Counted from the stretch's first letter, positions 37,284 through 51,663 are shown. The stretch: 64,000 nt of DNA from Octopus sinensis (GCF_006345805.1 NC_042997.1:188542001-188606000), one strand, 5' to 3'. Notes: a model not told the origin generated them from the letters alone. Numbers and translations are program-made.

Positions 37284-38446
37284 ATGTATATATATAGACA
37301 AATGTTTAACTTTAAAATTTATAGCCATAGATTGTGAACTATAATTGTTACTTATTCACACATGAGTAATAATTACTGATTATTTTTTTTAAGCTTAGAA
37401 AATCAGCATTGCTTGATTGTCAAGTCAGTTGTCTTTAAACAATGAATTGTAGCTCCTAGCCAATAACAGTAGCATAACTCCTATACAATGCACAGTTAAA
37501 TCAGTCAGTGATAAAGGAAAAAAAAAAAAATCATTGCAATAATGTCATACAATTATGTCATGAATTCAACAAAGGGATGGATTTCAAAGCTTGAAGACAA
37601 GTAATTTTAACTGAAAAATGAAATTGGTTTAACTATTCATTGTTAAATTATTGATTTTTTTTTTTACTTAAACAAAGCCTCATTTGTTGTACTATCTCAT
37701 TTTCCCCTCCCATTGCATGTCAGGAAAAATGAGATAATACAATATTCACATCTATTAAGGACATTTGCAATACCACCGAAGTGAAAATGCTACAATCTGA
37801 AATTGAAACCCTATTAGGAAGTTAGTTTTTACTGTAGGGCATTTAACATTGGTTAGAAAAAATCTGACATTGAAATGTTATGACGAAAACATTTTCTTTC
37901 CACTTCACTTTTTTTTTCTTTTTTAATAAATGAATTTCATCAAAAAGGCAGCATGAATAACAGAAGGCGAGAAAAAATGAATTTAACCTATAGTGAAAAT
38001 ATATATTGTGAATATATAGTGAAAATATTAAGACAAGAGCATGAAAATATCAAGGTTATGTGCTGCCCTGAAATATGAATAAATTAACATTCAAAAATTT
38101 ATCTATGTTCTGCTTTTGTTTATGCTAGTTCTGAAATTCGTAATAGTTAAATCAAATACCAAATGCCTTTGCCAATCTTTAAATACAAATTATCTGATTC
38201 TTATTATAGAAAGAACAAAAACATATGTTTGGAATTTAGAAAATGGCTTCACTCAGGTAAAAAAAATTACTAGTAATCCTGATTGAGTAAGGGAATCTCT
38301 TGTATTATAAGATTCTTTTATTGAACTCCTTCCCATTACTGTGTGACATAAAACAGGAATGTAAAAAGTAGATAGAAGGGCTCAGACCAAAACACCAGCT
38401 AAAAACGATTTAAATTATTTGAATTAAGTGGATAATACAACATACA

Positions 38447-38805
38447 CATCATCATCATCATCGTTTAACGTCCGCTTTCAATGCTAGCATGGGTTGGACG
38501 ATTTTGACTGAGGGCTGGCGAACCAGATGGCTGCACCAGGCTCCAAACTTGATCTGGCAGAGTTTCTACAGCTGGATGCCCTTCCTAACGCCAACCACTC
38601 CGAGAGTGTAGTGGGTGCTTTTTACGTGCCACTGGCACGGAGGCTAGTCAGGTGGTACTGGCAACGACCTTGCTCGAATCTTTTTACACGTGCCAGTGAA
38701 GCGACGTTGGTTAACGATCATGCTCGAATGGTGCCCTTTTACGTGCCACGAATACGGAAGCCAGTTGGCTGCTCTGGCAACAATCACGCTCAGATGGTGC
38801 TCTTG
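38447..38805 (-). mobile_element. RTE LINE 3' end
   Basis: (ATC)n gtttaacgtccgc...gctagcatgggttggacg, with repeated ttttacgtgcca units. Confidence 0.88.
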
Positions 38806-39689
38806 GCACCCCAGTTATAATAACACACATACACATATATGCACACATCACTTATTTTCTATAAATACAGTGGTATGATTTGAAGAAAACAAATGATGAA
38901 AACCTCAAAAGTAAATTTTTATATTAATTATCATAGAAGTAGGATAATATCAATATATTAAATATATGATAAAGTGGTGATACAGATACAGAAGTTTGTA
39001 TTGTTAACAATAAGTTCACAAATCTACAGTTACAGAAATTAAATAAGGTAGTTGTTGCTAGCAAGATGGAGAAAAAAGGGAAATTGAACGATAATGCTAA
39101 CAATCTAAAAATACGCTAGTTAATTACAAAGTAAGGAATTCAACTTTCTAAATTTAACCTCAAATTATTATCAAGAAACTAACAAAATAAAGCTCTTATT
39201 TTCTGTATAAAATTCTTGAGACTAAAAGTGGTTTGGATTTATAATTATATTTACAGTATATATTTTTGCTTTTCATAAACCTTTGAATGACAGCAACACT
39301 GATCTTATGCTCTCTTTATGGAGTAGCATAACATTTTATATATAAATCTATTTACAAATAAATTTCAAACTGCTAAAACATCCAAGCTTTAGAATATGAC
39401 ATCCATTAAAATATGTTGTTTTCAAAAAAAAAAAAAATTTTTTTTTAAATGTAATTTAAAAATTATATAATTCATACAATGGAAAGGTGGAGTCAGTAAT
39501 ATTTTGAAGAATGAGATGATAGAAAAGGAAAATTCTAAAATTATATGGTTCTTTTGAATAAAGATAGCACGTTTATTTATTTATTTTTTTTTTTCATGTG
39601 AGGCTTCGAAAAAGTGATAATGTCATGATATATAGAAATCTTGAGTTTAGTGAAGTATTTGAATCAAGGTAGGGATGTAAACATAGAGA

Positions 39690-39925
39690 ATCATGGCTTA
39701 GTGGTTAGGGTGTTGCACTCATGATCATAAGATTGTGGTTTTGATTCCCGGTGGGGGATGCATTTTGTTCTTAAGAATAACACTGTTTCATGATTCTCCA
39801 GTCCACTCAGCTGGCAAAAATGAGTGATCCTATGACAGACTGGTGTCCCATCCAGGTAGGGAATATATACACCAGAGAATCTGGGAAACTAGTCTTATAA
39901 GCCTATGGCCTGGAAAGGACCTTTG
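39690..39925 (+). mobile_element. tRNA-derived SINE (head B + V-domain-like tail)
   Basis: atggcttagtggttagggtg...ctccagtccactcagc...acagactggtgtcccatccagg. Confidence 0.7.
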
Positions 39926-40969
39926 ATCCTTTTTTTCTTTTTTTTAGGGGGATATAAGCATGAAATTTCATTAAACACAAACTATTGTAGAATGAGGACA
40001 CAAGAAATTGATGAACTAAAGATAATAGATAACATACTGATTTGTCAAATGGTTTTACAATTTCTAGATTGATAACCTGTAACTTGAAAATGAGATATAC
40101 CAATATTTCCAGAAGATAAAATGAGGTATTATTTATGATAAAATTTCTAAACCTAAAGAATGCTGCCTTTTTGAAGCTATTTTTCCTGTTTTCCAAAAAG
40201 ACGTAACAAAGAACCTTCCAGTTTTAAAAGTTGCCGAGTAATGTTTCATGAATGGTCTCTTTAGTGTCAAAAATCTAGATCTGCACTTAAAGTTTATTAA
40301 ATCTGCTGTGATTATAGTCCTAAACATTGAGGACAAGATAGTCTTTCTTAATGGAAGATGTTGTAAATAAGTGGAAAAATCTCTTAGGTTTGCAGTAGAG
40401 AATGCATGAGAAAAGTAGAAAGCAGTGTCAATGGTTATTATAGATTGAGTTTGAAATGACAGAAAATATGCAATAAATAGAGTAAAGATAGAATAAACTA
40501 CAGAATCCAAAGTGGGTAGAAAGATGTTAAGATGATCCAACCAATTAACTTGGAATGCATTGCACAGATAGAATATTAACCTTAAAGGGACTGGTAACAA
40601 ATTTATTCATTTGTTGTGATAAAACTCACAAGCTCCTGCTTTTATATATATAAAAAAAAATCCATTTAAATGAGAATTATATTCTCACCTTTAAATGACA
40701 TTCAAATACAGTAGTATTCAATTATTAGTCATTTCCAATAAAAAAGAACAACTAATTCATTATTTTTGCTTGATCAATGAAGCAAGGAGTCCCCTACATA
40801 GCACATCTTAGAATGACTTTATCAAAATGGAAAAGAAAAATCTCAATTTTTCTGTTTTTTTATCTTTTTTTTCTTTCCCTTTTCTTTTCCCCAAATGTTA
40901 AATTTTTCATTCATATTTGGAATTAAAGTGATGTTTCTTGATTTGGCTAAAAATTCTGGTTGATGCCTC

Positions 40970-41121
40970 AGGTATGGGTATATGGTAAGAAGATTACTTC
41001 TCAACCACATGGTTTTCTGTTCAGTCTTACAGCATGGCACCTTGTGCAAGTGTCTTCTACTAGAGCTCCAAGGTAACCAAAGTCTTTGTGAGTGGATTAG
41101 GTAGGTGGAAACTGGAAGAAG

Positions 41122-41122
<1 letters not shown>
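40970..41122 (+). mobile_element. CORE-type SINE, 5' half
   Basis: ggcaccttgtgcaagtgtcttctact...ggaaactggaagaagcc, then (TG)n. Confidence 0.75.
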
Positions 41123-41157
<35 letters not shown>

Positions 41158-41462
41158 ACGCGCACGCACCTCACTCACTCATTGAATCCTTATCTTGAGA
41201 ACACAAAATGCTTGTAAATGAGTATTGTTGTCTTCCACTTTCAATCTACTGTGTCTGGTTATAGGGAAATATTACCTTGCCTGGAAACAAGTGAGTGTTG
41301 GTAATAGGAAGGGTATCTAGCCATTGAAAATCTGCATCAACAAAACTCTCTCGAATCCATGTGAGCATGGTTAAGTGTACACTAAACCAGTGGAAGCAGT
41401 AGCAATGATGACAATGATGTTGTCAGCTAAATAACCCAGCGGTGTCTGCCCTCTTTTTTTAT

Positions 41463-41715
41463 GTGAGAAGAAGTGCCACTCCCAAACAGTTGAAAGAATC
41501 CGGGGTAGAGGTAGACCCAGGAAGACATGGGATGAGGTGGTAAAATTCTGGCACAGCAGGCAGGGGATAAGTCAACTGCATCAACCCCAGTGCTCAACTG
41601 GTTCTTATTTTAACGGCCCTGAAAGGATGAAAGGCAAAGTCAACCCAGGTGGAATTTGAACTCAGAACATAAAGTCAGAGGAAATGCCAGTAAGCATTTA
41701 CTTGGTGCGCTAATA
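41463..41715. mobile_element. RTE ORF2 C-terminal scrap (+, 41463-41545) abutting a Meta-domain-like SINE (-, 41545-41715)
   Basis: EKKCHSQTVERIRGRGRPRKTWDEVVK, then ggataagtcaactgc...gaaaggatgaaaggcaaagtc. Confidence 0.7.
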
Positions 41716-44700
41716 ATTGTGAGGGGGCATTGTGTCAGATGATGAAAGGTTAGAGTTTGACAGAGAAACAGAGGCAGAAACAGGTGTCTTGCTATAGAGG
41801 TGGTACATGATTACCTGGCCATATATGTGTATATATATCCACAATTTCAGATTATCCCCCAATATATCCCTGATAAAATCAACATGTTTGCCCCACCTCA
41901 TGCCTCCTTGATATTCTCTCATCTCTCTCTCTATTACTAATCTATCATTCATCCTCTCCCTGCCCTCTCCTAGGTACTGTGTTATCACTATTTCTTTCAT
42001 CTTACTCTTGTTCTGGCCCTGTACTTCATCCATTCCTATTCCCACTCTTACCATTTTCTCATACCAATTATAATTTATACTCTTGCTCCTATCACCTGCT
42101 CATCCTGGTCCCTCTGTGTTCACTCCCTCTTGATCATGTTACCTTCAACATATAAAGACACCATAGAACAGTAAGGACTTTTCAGTTTTGTGGGGCACAA
42201 GGAAACCACAGTAGTGCTGGAGCCACAACAAACTACACCCAGGACACTTTGTGTAGGGATTAAACAACATAGATAACATATGCATTTAAACACACATGCA
42301 TGCCTCTGTACATATACAGGTGTAAGATGAATAAAAACAGAGCATTGTAGAGGAGTACCTCACAGCATTCCTCTCTGAGTTATATCCCTTTATGTCAAAA
42401 AAAAAAAATGAAACTGCATTTCACCTCAATTTCATAAAATATGTACCAGAGAAAGTGTTATGATTTTTAAATGAATCAAATATCATTATAATTATCTAAA
42501 GAATGAACCTTGAAAGCTGTTGCCCCACCATAGCCATACTCCATTAATTGAAACTGATACAGGTAAGGGCTAAAAGAAGGAGGAAGGTCACAAGAATAGC
42601 TCTATGTAGTTACTTGGCCTGCTAAAAATAGCACCCAAATATCCCTCAATTACACCTTATTGTCTTCAAGGAGGATATATTGGATAGATAATGTAACCTG
42701 TGATAGACAAAAGTAGAGGGAGAGAGAGAAAGAGAGACAGACAGAGAGTTGGCCATGTCTGTCCAAAACATGTGTGCATGCACACACAAACACACACGTG
42801 CGCACACACTTCAAAGTACATGCTGGGTATGCGTATAAAGATGAAGAAAATCCCCAGCAGGTATGCAATATTTTTTTGACAATGCATGAATGAATAGGCT
42901 GAGTGTTGCAAAATGGAAGGTAGACAGACAGGTCAGTGTAAAAAGAGCTGCTATTAGTGAGCTAACCACGGTTTCTAAATCATGTGAAAGACTTGTCTTT
43001 TTGTTATGCTGGCACAATTAAGAGAATACAATCCTTATGGGTGCAGAATTGTTAAGTTACTTTTCATCAAAACAGGGATGAAGATTAATTTGAGAAAGAA
43101 CTTTTAAAGAAATAAGAGTCAAAAAGTGGCAGTGCAGGTGGGAAAGATATTTCTATTTGGTTAACAACAGACTGGGCCTATATTTGTGGACCCTACAGTA
43201 GGAGGTACTATCTCTAGAAAACTCATATCATACAACAACAGTAAACATTATTAAACAACAACAAGCTGACTAAGATCCGATGTTTCCATTGCCTTTATCT
43301 AATCCATGAATAGCTTCACAGGCTATGGGCCTACCCCATCTTACTTTAAGAAAGTAAAACAAAACGGACAAAGCTTTTGATGTTCGACATTAAAACACTG
43401 TAATAGTAACAGTATCAATTGTTTTTGTAATTAAACCAACCATATAGGAATAATCATTTATAATGAAGATAGTATTTAACATAAAAAAAGATAAAAAGAC
43501 AAAAATTAAGCAAGGTAGACATGATAATTTAGTTCTCCATATAGCAACAGAAATAGTAACATATTTAAGTTGAGAAGGTGGATTCCAACTGCTATTATAA
43601 TGATGAATAGACTGCTGCTATAGCAACCTATAAGTACAGCTGCAGTACCAGCAGCAATAATCTTGATACCTAACAACATTACATAACTTGAAAATACTGA
43701 TTGTTTCATCTGGAAGGAAGGAAAACATATAAACATGGCGATTAGAAACAAAAAAAAGAGAAGTAAAGAAAAGGAAAAGAAGTGTAGTAACTAAATGCTC
43801 TGAAAGCAAATTTTATGTGCAATGGTAAGGGAATGGAAAACAAAAATGAACAAACAAAAAACTCCAAGTAATATCAGCTTTAAAGTAAATAAATCAGTTA
43901 GCCGAGATATGCAATTACACATACACACATACACACACACACACATACATATTACCATTTGTGCAACACACACCACACACACAGACACACACCCTGAATA
44001 CTTTATCTGAAGTTTAAACAGGATGATTGGACGTCTTTCCGTAGCAATTTTCAAGACATGGTTCTGTTTCGTTTAATGCCCAATATCCACAAATTATTTA
44101 TTTATTCAAAAAAAAACTTCCATGCACAAATTTTAAGACAAAACACTTACAAATACTTGACATAGTTTAATAGAAAGACCACAGAGTTTTATAGTTATGT
44201 GAATTATATTACATGCTACAGCTGCAATCCTTATCTGTCAACATTTACATTTGACTCTGTGAACAAGAATAAGAGAATGGAAGGGAGAGAGGGAGAGAGG
44301 GAATGTGTATGTGCTTGTACACATGCATGTGCATGCAATGTATGTACAAAAACATACAAACAAGAAGAAAAGTCATGCTGCCTGCTGATTTTTCTATACA
44401 CAAGTAAACAAAATGATTTATATCTGAATCTATGTAAAAATTATGATGAAACAACTATTTTAAGAAAATAATACACAGAGAAAAATTATATTTTAAAAAA
44501 ATAAACCAAAGAAGGAAGAATTTTTTTTTTTCTTTTTCTTATTTTATTTTCTGTTTCTTATGCAATTGTTGAAAAATATCTATTTCAAAAGAATTCAAGA
44601 GATTCTAAAACACAAAATTCAAAAACTGGAGAGAAAAAAAAAAAACATTGTTTCTAAGCTGAAAGTTTTAAAACGCCAAGGATTTTTACAATTGTACACT

Positions 44701-46331
44701 TTATTCAACGAAGCTAGTGGGAAGTGCAAAACATTATATACAGCAACAACAACAACAATAACATAACAAAGGTGGATGAGTGTGGTGGTGGTGGTGGGTG
44801 GGGGAGAATTATGTATGAAGTCAGTGAAAGGAAGCATAACTTTGAAAAATGTCATCTATTATTAATGAAAGTTTCTTTTGTATTATTTCAAATTAAAAGC
44901 CCCTGAAAGTTATGTATGACTAGGATTTCATAATCTCACAGATGTGATAATGTAGCATTTACACCATCAAGAAGGCTTGAATACATGTGCATGTGTGTGA
45001 GAGAGGTGGGAGATAGGGGAGGAGACACACACACACAGAAAATATGAAACATAAATAGATAAGTAGGTACAGACATATAGCAGGCGGATAAAGATGTTGA
45101 GGGGTGCTGAAAAAAAAGTGGGAATTATTGGTGGAGAATCTCACATAGGATTTTTTTATAATTTTTTTTTTTTAACGACAAATATCTTATTCATATCAAT
45201 CCCACCAATTTGAGAGAGCCTGCAAAGGTCATGGGCACTGCTGCCTTCTCTTACTAACTTAAATGAAAGAATATCATGTGTATTATTTTTGCATTTTTTT
45301 ATGCATATACAACATTCTTTATGTATAGAAAACAAACCACATGCCTACATGTGCATGCAGGTTAGTGACAGTAATATGATTATATATCTGTGTGTGTGTG
45401 TGTGTGTGTGTGTGAACAAGTAGTAATAAATTTTTAGTGAAATTGAATCTACAAGAATCAGGTTCAATTCCTGCCCAGATCATTTCACTTTGCTCATTCT
45501 TCCACAACTTCAGTTTTTGATTGTAACTTTTAGGACTACTACCTGAAGTATTCAGAGGTGACCCCAAAAGTCATTAAGGGTTACAGGACATTTCAGTTTT
45601 TTATACTTGCAGCTGACAGTGTGGACAAGCAGACAGCTTACAGCTGAATGATCTGCACCTCATATTCTTGTCACTAGTTTTACAGTCTCTGTGAGCAAGA
45701 CAATTCTTATAATCAGTGGCTTAGGCCTTATAAATGTAAACAGATATCACAAAGTGGTGCAGCTCCCTGCACTAGATAGCATTATAAGCAGTAAGCAGCA
45801 CGATAAACTGAGAAACCCTCCCCTGAGGACAGCAGTGCACTCCACCAGACAATGTGTTCAGTGATTCTTTTGTATAACATACATGTGTGTCTGTGAGAGA
45901 GAGAAAGAGAGAGAGAGAGATGCTTATTCACTTAGCAAATAAAGATTTCAAGAATAGGAAGTGCTATGTATCTGCAGTAGGTTCATGGTAGTAGTGCTGG
46001 TTTGTACCTTCTTGGGAAATACAAACTGAGCCCTTAACATGATATTCAGACAGACTCAACATGTGTGTGTGTGTGTGTGTGTGAGTGAGAGAGAGAGGGG
46101 GGATGGAGGGAGAGACAGACATGCAGGCAGACAAAATTGGACCTCCAAATTATAAGCAAGATCTTCTATCCAACAGGCTCCCACACTGTTTCCAGCTATT
46201 GGCTCTGATTAATCTGATCTCACATGAGGAAGCATCTATGCTGAAGTATCATTTAGTAAGACTGAATTTGAAGAAAATTTCTGAATCATTTGGCAATGAA
46301 CTCATATAAACTTGCTAAGACCTATGCACAC

Positions 46332-47047
46332 TGTTACGACCTAGTGGCCATAACCCGAATTTACGCAACCAACAAGGAAGGGGTGAACCCAAAACAGCAA
46401 CACACCATGAAGTTTTTTGTAAAATATTATTAACAATTAAGTGTCAGCATAAAAAAACAGCCTACATACAAAACAAATATATATGAACAAAAATAAATTA
46501 ATGCTACACTAGATATGCAGTCAAAATATATATATAGTTCAGAAATTCAGAATCAGAAACCCAGCTTCAACAACTTGATTTCACAAACTTGGATCCGTAA
46601 CTCTGGATTCACAAATTTTGGTTTCACCAAAATTGGCCTCACAAATTTGGTTTTCAAAAAATATGGATTCCGAATATTTGGATTTCATAAAATCTGGCTT
46701 CACAGATTCGGTTTTCAAACCTTGGATTTCGAACCTTGGACCCAGATGTGACACAGAAATTATTTTAGAACTGACAAGCAAAAAGTTCTGACGAATTCCT
46801 GGAGCGTAAAAATAATTCCATAAGTGCCTAACACAAAGCACAAAGTGCATAAACTAAACAGGTGATCATAGCTTCCAGAATCCAATTGAACCTTGTCTCA
46901 CAGAAAAAACTGTCACCAAAAAACTATCTCAATTATCTCTGCTTATAAAGGTTTGCTAAGGTCTAGCCAATTTGTTAGAATTTCACAGTTTGGCTATTAA
47001 CACCTAGCTTCTCCCATTTTGACAATGGACTTCATCCTGACCTTACA
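46332..47047 (-). mobile_element. Solo-LTR-like element with an internal degenerate 15-nt repeat
   Basis: Minus strand reads TGTAAGG...TATAAG (46943-46948)...CGTAACA. No matching 4-5 bp TSD. An alternative reading is CACTG termini with a 2-bp CA TSD. Confidence 0.45.
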
Positions 47048-47780
47048 GTGCAGTATGAAAAACTGTCTGTTTACCTGTTTAACTTAACATTATACGATAA
47101 AACATTTTTATTGTTTTTATAATTTCCTAACAACACATACACACCATCTTCACTCAGGCATTCTTGTCCCACTCACCTCTAACTCTTCTTATTACCCTTG
47201 TTGTATCCAACCCCTCAAGCTCTACATTAATCGCTATAGCCTGCCTTTCTTTTTCAGAATGTTGACCCTCTAGAATTCTTTCCTAGCTTACATCATCCAA
47301 GAGGAGTATTAATGGCATCAATCTTACTAGTCTTAAAGAGCCTACAAAAGGCCATGGGCACTGCCCCTTCCTCTAAAACTCAGCAAGTAAAAAAATATAC
47401 ACATTCCAGTCATGACAATTCTGGAATTTTATTTCCTTTCTTTCTCCATTGGCATCCAAGACTACAATATCTAATATATACTATTATCAAGGTGGTAGGA
47501 TATGATTTGAGAGTGATTTGGCTGCTATTTTGAGTAGTCCAAGCAACCATGTAAAGGCTCCCCTGTGTGCATGTTATTTTCTTCACATTAAATTTGTGTA
47601 CATGCCTATGAATATGCACACACACACACACACACACACACAGACAAGTGAAAATATTACAATTTACAAAGAAAATTGCAATAACTGTTGGCTCTACTGC
47701 TCTGCTAGCTGAAGGAGTATGTTGCTTATCATCTACATAATACAATTACTTTGTATACTGGAAGTCTCTGCATTGTCATC

Positions 47781-47783
<3 letters not shown>

Positions 47784-47827
<44 letters not shown>
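47784..47827. repeat. (TA)n microsatellite
   Basis: Uninterrupted TA run. Confidence 0.95.
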
Positions 47828-47829
<2 letters not shown>

Positions 47830-48379
47830 TGTGAATCTGCTTGAATTTACCCTACAATTCAACCCAAGGACTTTGCAACAGTAATCAATATCCAGTGATG
47901 ATATTACACTTCTAATACAAGATGTGTAAGAGAGTGTGGATGACTAAGCCGATATAGGTACTGGGCACTAACAAAATGGTTAATGTCTCAAATTTCATAA
48001 CCAGCATTGTATCATGTCCAGGACCAAAACATCTAAATTGCTAAATACAATAGATATCACAAGTTGGTAGAATTCACCACTGTTACAGATGTAGCAATAT
48101 GGTTATACTGAATGATTTATAAGCTTGCAGCGCTGAGTCCAATTTCTCTATCAAGTATAAAAAGAGTTACCTGAGTTAGATCAGCCTAGTATCCAAGGGA
48201 AGATTTATTTTTTATCTACTTAACAAGAGATATAAGCATTAGTTCTATAGATTTTTGATATTAAAGGATTGAAGGCCAAAATGCTGGACCTTACAAAGGA
48301 GATGAGAGAAGACTGAAATATGTGGCACATCGCTGTACTCGAGAAGTCTTGCCCATCACAACAATTGAAATCCTAAAAG

Positions 48380-48655
48380 CAAGGTGCCATGTAAAAAACA
48401 TTTGTATGGGTGTTGGTACCGTGTAAAAAGCAGTGGTGCTGGTGCCATGTAAAAAGCACCGATGATGGTGCCTCATAAAAAGCATCCAGTACACTCTGTA
48501 GAGTGGTTGGCATTAGGAAGGGTATCCAGCTGTAGAAACCAAGCCAAAACAGACTATGGAACCTGGTGCAGCCTCTGGCTTTGCCAGTTCTTGTCAAACC
48601 ACCCAACCCATGCCAGCATGGAAAAGTGATGTTAAATGTTGATGATGATGATGCT
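48380..48655 (+). mobile_element. RTE LINE 3' end with four copies of the gtgccatgtaaaaagc unit
   Basis: Ends ccaacccatgccagcatggaaaa...(GAT)n. Confidence 0.8.
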
Positions 48656-49487
48656 TGAAGATGGAGACACATATAACTAAATTTAAAGGCAAATAGTGTT
48701 GGCTGAATAGGAAAATAGTTAACGCATATACCTGGTAAACAAGACACGTGACTTGTTATGTATGTGCAAGTGTGCTGAGAGGGAGAGGAGGAGGAGAGTA
48801 GGGAGAGGAGGGAGAGAAGAGAGAGAGAAAGAGAGCAAGGGGTTGTTGTATTGAAAGATATATATATATATATACACTTCAGTGTACACACATACGCACG
48901 CACACACACACACACAAACAAAGATATACACAATTAGCTGATTTAAAAGGAAGAAGAAAAAAAAAGAATATGAAAATGAAATGAATAAAAGTAATTTTGT
49001 ATTTTCAGAAAGACCTATTACCAATTGTCCATATCTAGATGAAGAAGAAGAGGCAAATTATTTTCTGTTTCGATTAATCTTTGAGGAAACAATCAGTATT
49101 GATTGAGAAGAGTTGTTGACATGGAATGAAAGATCTAGGTTAAAGTCAGAACAAGGTTATCCTGGCATGGAACTAAACAGCTAAAAGAAGCTTTTCTGAT
49201 GTAGATATTATTTCTGAATAGAATCTGTCTCTTATTGGATCTGAAGCTAACAGTCACTTTAATTATAATTTTGCTGTCTTCATTGCTGCCTGTATTCGCT
49301 TTCTTCCTGATAATCAACATTACTCTGTTAAGTCTTGGCTTTAACAAAACTGATGGTTATAACTCAAAATATGTGATACAACAGTGTGTGTGCGTGTGCA
49401 CATGCTTGCTCGTGTTCATTTTCAAATGGGAAATTTTCAATGTGTGCAACAGATGAATATTCCCTCAAAAGAGATAAAGAACAGATA

Positions 49488-49650
49488 CAGGCATGGCTGT
49501 GTGGTAAGAAGTTTGCTTTCTAATCACATGGTTTCGGGTTCAATCCCATTGCGTCAGGCCTTGGATAAGTATCTTCCACTATAGTCCTGGGCTGATCAAA
49601 ACCTTGTGAGTGGATTTGGTAGATGAAAATAGAAAGAAATCTTTCATATA
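49488..49650 (+). mobile_element. CORE-type SINE, 5' part
   Basis: acaggcatggctgtgtggtaagaag...gggttcaatccc...ccttggataagtatcttcc. Confidence 0.75.
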
Positions 49651-49686
49651 CACATGTGTGTGGATCTGTGTTTATAAATATATTAA

Positions 49687-50155
49687 CAAGGTGTCCCAAA
49701 AGTCACTGATGGGTTTCAATTTTTAGTAACTTCCTTAACTTTACAAATAAATACATGAAATTTTGATAAAAAGTGAAGGACATAATAGAAATTAATATGC
49801 ATAAGTGAAATTTTGCAACATCACTACATCACATGAAAAATGACATCGCTTAAATGGCAGCCATTTTTGGCTTAGCACACCTGTGCTCTTTTCAAAACTT
49901 GCACCATAACACCCTCAAGAGTTTCAGACCCCACTTCTCTGATTTCTCTCTATTAATGTTCTCCTTCAGTTGCACCAGGGTCTCTAGTTTGTTGATGCAA
50001 ACCCTTTCTTTCAGGTATCCCCACCAAAAAAAAAGATGCAGGCTAGTCAAGTCTGGGATATGTGAAGGCCATTCAAAGTAGACCTCACACATGATTCCAG
50101 CAAGATGGGGCAACTGCTCATACCGCAAGAGAAACAATGCAGTTGATATGGCAGT
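49687..50155 (-). mobile_element. Tc1/mariner transposon 3' fragment, decayed transposase C-terminus plus one TIR
   Basis: WPSHIPDLTSLHLFFWWGYLKERV resembles WPPRSPDLxPxDxxxWGxLK. TIR-like caaggtgtcccaaaagtc at 49687. Confidence 0.8.
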
Positions 50156-51663
50156 ACTTTGGAGAGAGAATAATCTCCCACTACAGCAATGTCAATAATT
50201 TAAGTAAGAAATAATTTAGGTAAAAAAAAATAATAGAGGGACTAGCATCATATTTAGAGATTACTTCAATTAGTCTAAAATATTAGGAAAATATAAGTTC
50301 TTTACAATTGGTTAACTTCAGTTTGCAGTTAAATTTTCCTTCCCTTAGACAAATTTTTATCACCTTGGCTCTTGCACTAACTGTTCCTAAAACAATTGAC
50401 TTAATGTAGATGAGATGAATAGTTTTACACATAATAAACTCCTTTATTATAACAGTTGCTTCAATCACTTATGAGAAAATTTTGCGTTTCTGGGAGACTT
50501 AAAATTTTCAGTACAGCATCAAAATTAAACAGACATGTTCTCTTTAAATCAATCAAAAGTATTTCAATATTGAGCAAATGTTCAATCTCTACAGAACCCA
50601 AATTTATTTCATTATAAAGTACTGCCCCACCACCACCGCAATTGCAACTACCATCACCAAATGGTATTTGTCTATTATTTGGATCCCCGATGACAAACAG
50701 AAAAAGGTTCCCTGTTGAAAACATTCAAATGATTGTGTTTTGTTTCTGCTCTTTTTAAAATTATTTTTTAAAAACTATCTGTAAAAGATTTTTGTAATAT
50801 GTCAGCTTTACTTTCACTCAAACTTACCAATTATATCCACTTCTCAACTTCTCATTGCCTTATAATAGTTTTCTTCCCCTAAAGCCCAAACCAATAATTA
50901 CAGCAGTTATTCATTTCAAACACTGATACCCACAGGACCGCCTTACTTATAATGTGTTCACACAAGACGCTGACTTCCAACTCTTTAAGCTTTATATTAA
51001 CAACAATCTCACTCATGAACTACACACTTTTCGTTCAACATAGACCTGAAGACCTATGAGCTACAGCTGATATTTAGACATAGAATACAAAACATTGGGA
51101 TTGATGGATTTTTAGTTAACTAACTATTTTGGGGCCAAACAACAACTAGTAACAAACACAAATTTAAATTAATACAGAATTAATATGAGTGTAAATAAGG
51201 ACATTTGAGAAAAACTAAACCATAATATTTTATGTATTTACAGTTCAAATCCAAAAGATATTCAGTCACAAAGTAAGGAAAAAAATTCAAACAATAAATA
51301 TATTACCAGTTGCTGCTATAATTATAGACATTTTTCTTGATATATGTGACCAGCATGGGCAATTAATAATTGTATATGTTAACTTTAAAAATATCTAACT
51401 TATTTATTATAAAGAGGACTGTAATAAAATGGAAACTGAATTATTATTATATAATACTAATTTGAGCTAGTATTGGCATTTTTCTTAATAACTACAGATA
51501 TTTTTCTAAATAAATGTGACTAGTATGGACAATTAATAGCAGTAACCATTAGCTTTGAAAATATCTAACTTATTAAAATGATCATTGCCATCACGGTCAT
51601 TGTCATCATCTTCATGTTTGCATGGATCAGATGGAATTTACTCAGGCAGAAGATTTTCCACAG

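Noticed and set aside
43673-43712. Possible 40-nt minus-strand exon after a strong ttttccttccttccAG acceptor
   Set aside because: Weak donor (GTATCA) and no ZMIZ1-like translation in any frame.
46575-46745. CRISPR-like array
   Set aside because: Degenerate 15-nt tandem units without unique spacers, in a eukaryotic context with no cas genes.
48373-48933. Longest ORF in the track (186 aa) and the many CVCVC/THTH/YIYI ORFs
   Set aside because: They run through microsatellites and antisense repeat sequence.
50461-50724. 87-aa minus-strand ORF with a possible acceptor at 50712-50713
   Set aside because: No recognisable homology, weak polypyrimidine tract, and no convincing donor. It could at most be a non-coding exon.
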